Below are positions 60,937 to 64,000 of a stretch of 64,000 nt of DNA, in pieces (positions within the stretch are counted from its first letter, which is position 1; every line of letters starts with the position of its first letter). Under the pieces are notes generated by a model. It was not told where the DNA came from. It searched no databases and saw only the letters and a list, made by a program, of their open reading frames with translations. Source of the DNA: Raja brachyura (lineage: Eukaryota); the NCBI GenBank assembly GCA_963514005.1, contig OY740783.1, positions 104,284,001 to 104,348,000 of the forward strand, written 5' to 3'. A program made the position numbers and the translations under genes.

Positions 60937-62300
60937 GTCAAGTCAAGTCAATTTTATTTGTCCCATACACATACAAGATGTGCGGTGAAATGAAAGTGGC
61001 AATGCCTGCGGGTTGGGTAAACAAGTACAGAACAGAATAGAACAGAATCAGTATTTACATATTAGAAAAACCCAGCAATTTAAAAAAGACACAACACAAC
61101 AGTAAATTAGTCCCTGGTGAGATAAGAGTTTACAGTCCTAATGGCCTGTGGGAAGAAACTCCGTTTCATCCTCTCCGTTTTCACAGCATGACAGTGGAGG
61201 CGTTTGCCTGACCGTAGCAGCTGGGACAGTCCATTGCTGGGGTGGAAGGGGTCCCCATAATGTTTCTGGCTCTGGATCTGGACCTTTTGATGTATAGTTC
61301 CCAAACTAGATTGTGATGTTGCCAGCCAAGATGCTTTCTATAGCCCCCCGAGTAGAAGCACTGAACGATCCTCAGAGAGACTTTGAATTTCTTCAGCTGC
61401 CTGAGGTGGTAAAGGTGCTGCCTTGCCTTACTCACTAGTGCGGCAGTGTGTGTTGTCCATGTCAGATCCTCCGTGATGTGGACTCCCAGGTATTTAACGC
61501 AGCTCATCCTATCCACAGTAATCCCATTTATCTCCAGTGGCATGTATGTCATCGGAAGTTGTGCCCTTTTAAAGTCCACAATCAGCTCCTTGGTTTGTAT
61601 GACATTCAAGAGGAGACTGTTGTCCTGACACCAGAGTGCCAGATCAGCCACCTCCTCCCGGTAGGCCTTCTCATTGTTATCGGAGATCAGGCCCACCACC
61701 CCAGTGTCATCAGCAAACTTGATTATAGAGTTGGAGCTGAGCCTGGCCACACAGTCATGTGTGTACAGGGAGTACAGTAGGGGGCTGAGGACGCAACCCT
61801 GGGGGGATCCTGTGTTCAGCGTGAGGGTGATGTATTTCTTCCCATCTTGACTACCTGGGGCCTGGCAGTGAGAAAGTCCAGGCCTGACCCAGGCACACAG
61901 GGGAGTGTTAAGCCCCATTTCCAGCAGCTTCGCAGCAGGTCTGGTGGGGACTATCATATTGAAGGCTGAACTGAAGTCAATGAACAGCATCCTAACTTAG
62001 CCCCCCCTTCTGGCTGTCAAGGTGAGAGAAAGCGGTGTGCAGAACTTGGGAGACCGCATCATCTGTGGATCTGTTTGGACGGTATGTGAGCTGTAGCCGG
62101 TCCATGTAGCGAGGGAGGAAGGCGAAGATGTGGTTCTTCACCAGCCTCTCGTAGCATTTCATGACTACTGAGGTGAGAGCCACCGGTCGGTAGTCATTCA
62201 AACAAAGCTGGAGAGACATTCTTTGGTACAGATACAATGATGGATCTTTTGAAGTAGGCAGGGACCACGGACTTGGCCAGGGAGAGGTTGAATATTGGAT
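60937..62300 (-). mobile_element. Rex1/Babar-type LINE, RT through 3' tail
   Basis: [56 protein letters not shown]; (TTGAC)3 tail; frameshifted. Confidence 0.95.
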
Positions 62301-63194
62301 GAGTAGACTTTATGGACCGATGAACAGTGAACAAAATTTTCTACAGATTCTTGTGAATTTAATTTCTTATCAGGAATTGTATGTATTTTTCCCATTTAAA
62401 TTTGTTGTTTGTTTACAGATTCACATAAGACTATAGTGGAAAAACACTCAGAACAAAAATCTAGCTATGATCTGAATTGCAGTGTACAGATAAATGTGCA
62501 AAATTATCTTACGACGTTGCCCTGGGATGTTCTAAATATGTTTTTAATGTAGAAAATTTCATAATAGGTAAGTATTTTATAAGGCTTCACATGTTTTGAA
62601 GAGAGCGTATAATGTGTGAGTAATGGAGTTCGAGAGATGCCTGAAGAAAGGACCCAGCTGTGCTCAGGAAGGTTTATTGACTTGAATGTCATAAACAGAT
62701 TCAGGGCATGAAAATACAGCAGCTGATAAATCTTTACCACCAGAATTAAACTAATACATTGATACCTTATTACAAATTTCACCTTAGCTAGATATTTTTC
62801 AGAAAGTTATGATGACATTTCAGGAAAAGTAATTTTTACCCATGTGGAAGATTAATTCCATCTGCAGTAGAAATAACTCTGCACAGTGCACAAACTAGAG
62901 ATGATGTGAATATAGAGCATTTGTACATTTTCAACAATATAAAGGCCTGCGGCCCAATGATGCTGCTATTCGGGCTGATGCCTCACAGCTTCAGTGACCG
63001 GATTCAATCCTGACCTTTGATGCTGTCCAAGTGAAGTTTGCATATCCTCTCTGAAACTGCTTTTGTTTCCTTCATGTGTTATAGTTGTAAACATTCCAAA
63101 CCTGGGTGGTAGAAGCTGGGAATGTTGTTGGAAACATTCCCAGGTTGGAACTTTCTTGATGGAATGATAGAAACTTTCCTTTTGGAAGGAGACG

Positions 63195-63440
63195 GAGATA
63201 AATTTATTTAGTCAGAGGGTGGTGAACCTGTGGAATTCTTTGCCACGGAAGGCTGTAGTGGCCAAGTCAGTGAATATTTTTAAGGCAGAGATGGGTAGAG
63301 TCTTGATTAGTATGGATGTCAGAGGTTCTGGGGAAAAGGCAGGAGAATGTGTTCAGGAGAGAGAGATAGATCAGCCATGAATGGCGGAGTAGGCTTGATG
63401 GGCCGAAAAGTCTAATTCTACTCCTATCCCTTATGACCTA
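63195..63440 (+). mobile_element. CR1 3' end
   Basis: FSQRVVNLWNSLPRKAV plus 3' UTR. Confidence 0.85.
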
Positions 63441-63458
63441 ATTACCTAACATGAGGAG

Positions 63459-63655
63459 AATAATAATAATAATAATATATTTTATTGTCATTACACATAA
63501 GTGCAACGAGATTTGGTTTGCAACTTCCATCCGATGTCATAACTTAATCGACAAATTGTTTTCACAGCCGCGTTCGGTCGCGGGCTGCTTTGAATTCACT
63601 CGGACGGAGGAGCGCAAAACCGCTGTGTCTGAGCGCGCCGCCATCTTCCACGCTG
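63459..63655 (-). mobile_element. Short non-autonomous retroposon-like element (GC-rich head, AATAAA, (TTA)n tail)
   Basis: Minus strand starts GCGTGGAAGATGGCGGCGCGC and ends ACAATAAAATATATT(ATT)n; the tail resembles Rex1-type 3' ends. Confidence 0.4.
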
Positions 63656-64000
63656 TCGGGAGGTAAAGTAAATAGGATTAATTTACAGGGATGCTTGTTT
63701 GATCTCTGGTATTGGTTTGATCGGCCAAAGGGATTATTTGTATGCTCTGGCTCCAAGCCTCTAAATAGTAGTACAGAATGAAAGGTTTGCTTCGTGCCAA
63801 CTTCCATTGCAGCAAACCTCAGTGGTGCTTCATGCCTCTAAACTGAGGTTTCCCTTCATATGCTGTTGGTTCTCATTGGGGAAAACAGCATCCAGCACCA
63901 AGAGGGGGTTTGAGAGGTCGGAGCTGAGCGAAGAATGCCAACAGACGGCGGTCCGATGAGGATTGAATTTGGAGTGCATGGCTTTAATTGGCAGCGTGTG

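Noticed and set aside
61181-61990. Intact active reverse transcriptase gene
   Set aside because: Frameshifted, 5'-truncated Rex1 copy lacking the endonuclease.

Overview
This is vertebrate genomic DNA with no confidently identifiable host-gene exon, so the window is most likely a long intron or intergenic region. The repeat content (HE1-type tRNA-derived SINEs, HER1/CR1 LINE 3' ends, Deu-domain SINEs, Penelope termini) points to a cartilaginous fish, probably a skate or ray; that assignment is an inference. Most of the window is layered transposable elements. DNA elements: one near full-length Passport-like Tc1 (DD34E), a family of PIF/Harbinger-type MITEs at TTA sites, a hAT-like MITE, and two non-autonomous Helitrons carrying different internal minisatellites. 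Retroelements: two DIRS1-type tyrosine-recombinase elements in opposite orientations, Penelope-like elements with about 10 dispersed copies of a minimal hammerhead-ribozyme motif, and many CR1, Rex1 and L2 fragments. All TE ORFs are disrupted. The most interesting observations are (1) a DIRS splice-signal layout that would join the RT start codon in frame to the ATG-less recombinase ORF, (2) roughly 100-bp hammerhead-bearing insertions with their own target duplications, and (3) minisatellites arising independently at homologous positions in two Helitron copies. Family assignments come from recalled motifs, not database searches. Boundaries of old fragments are approximate.
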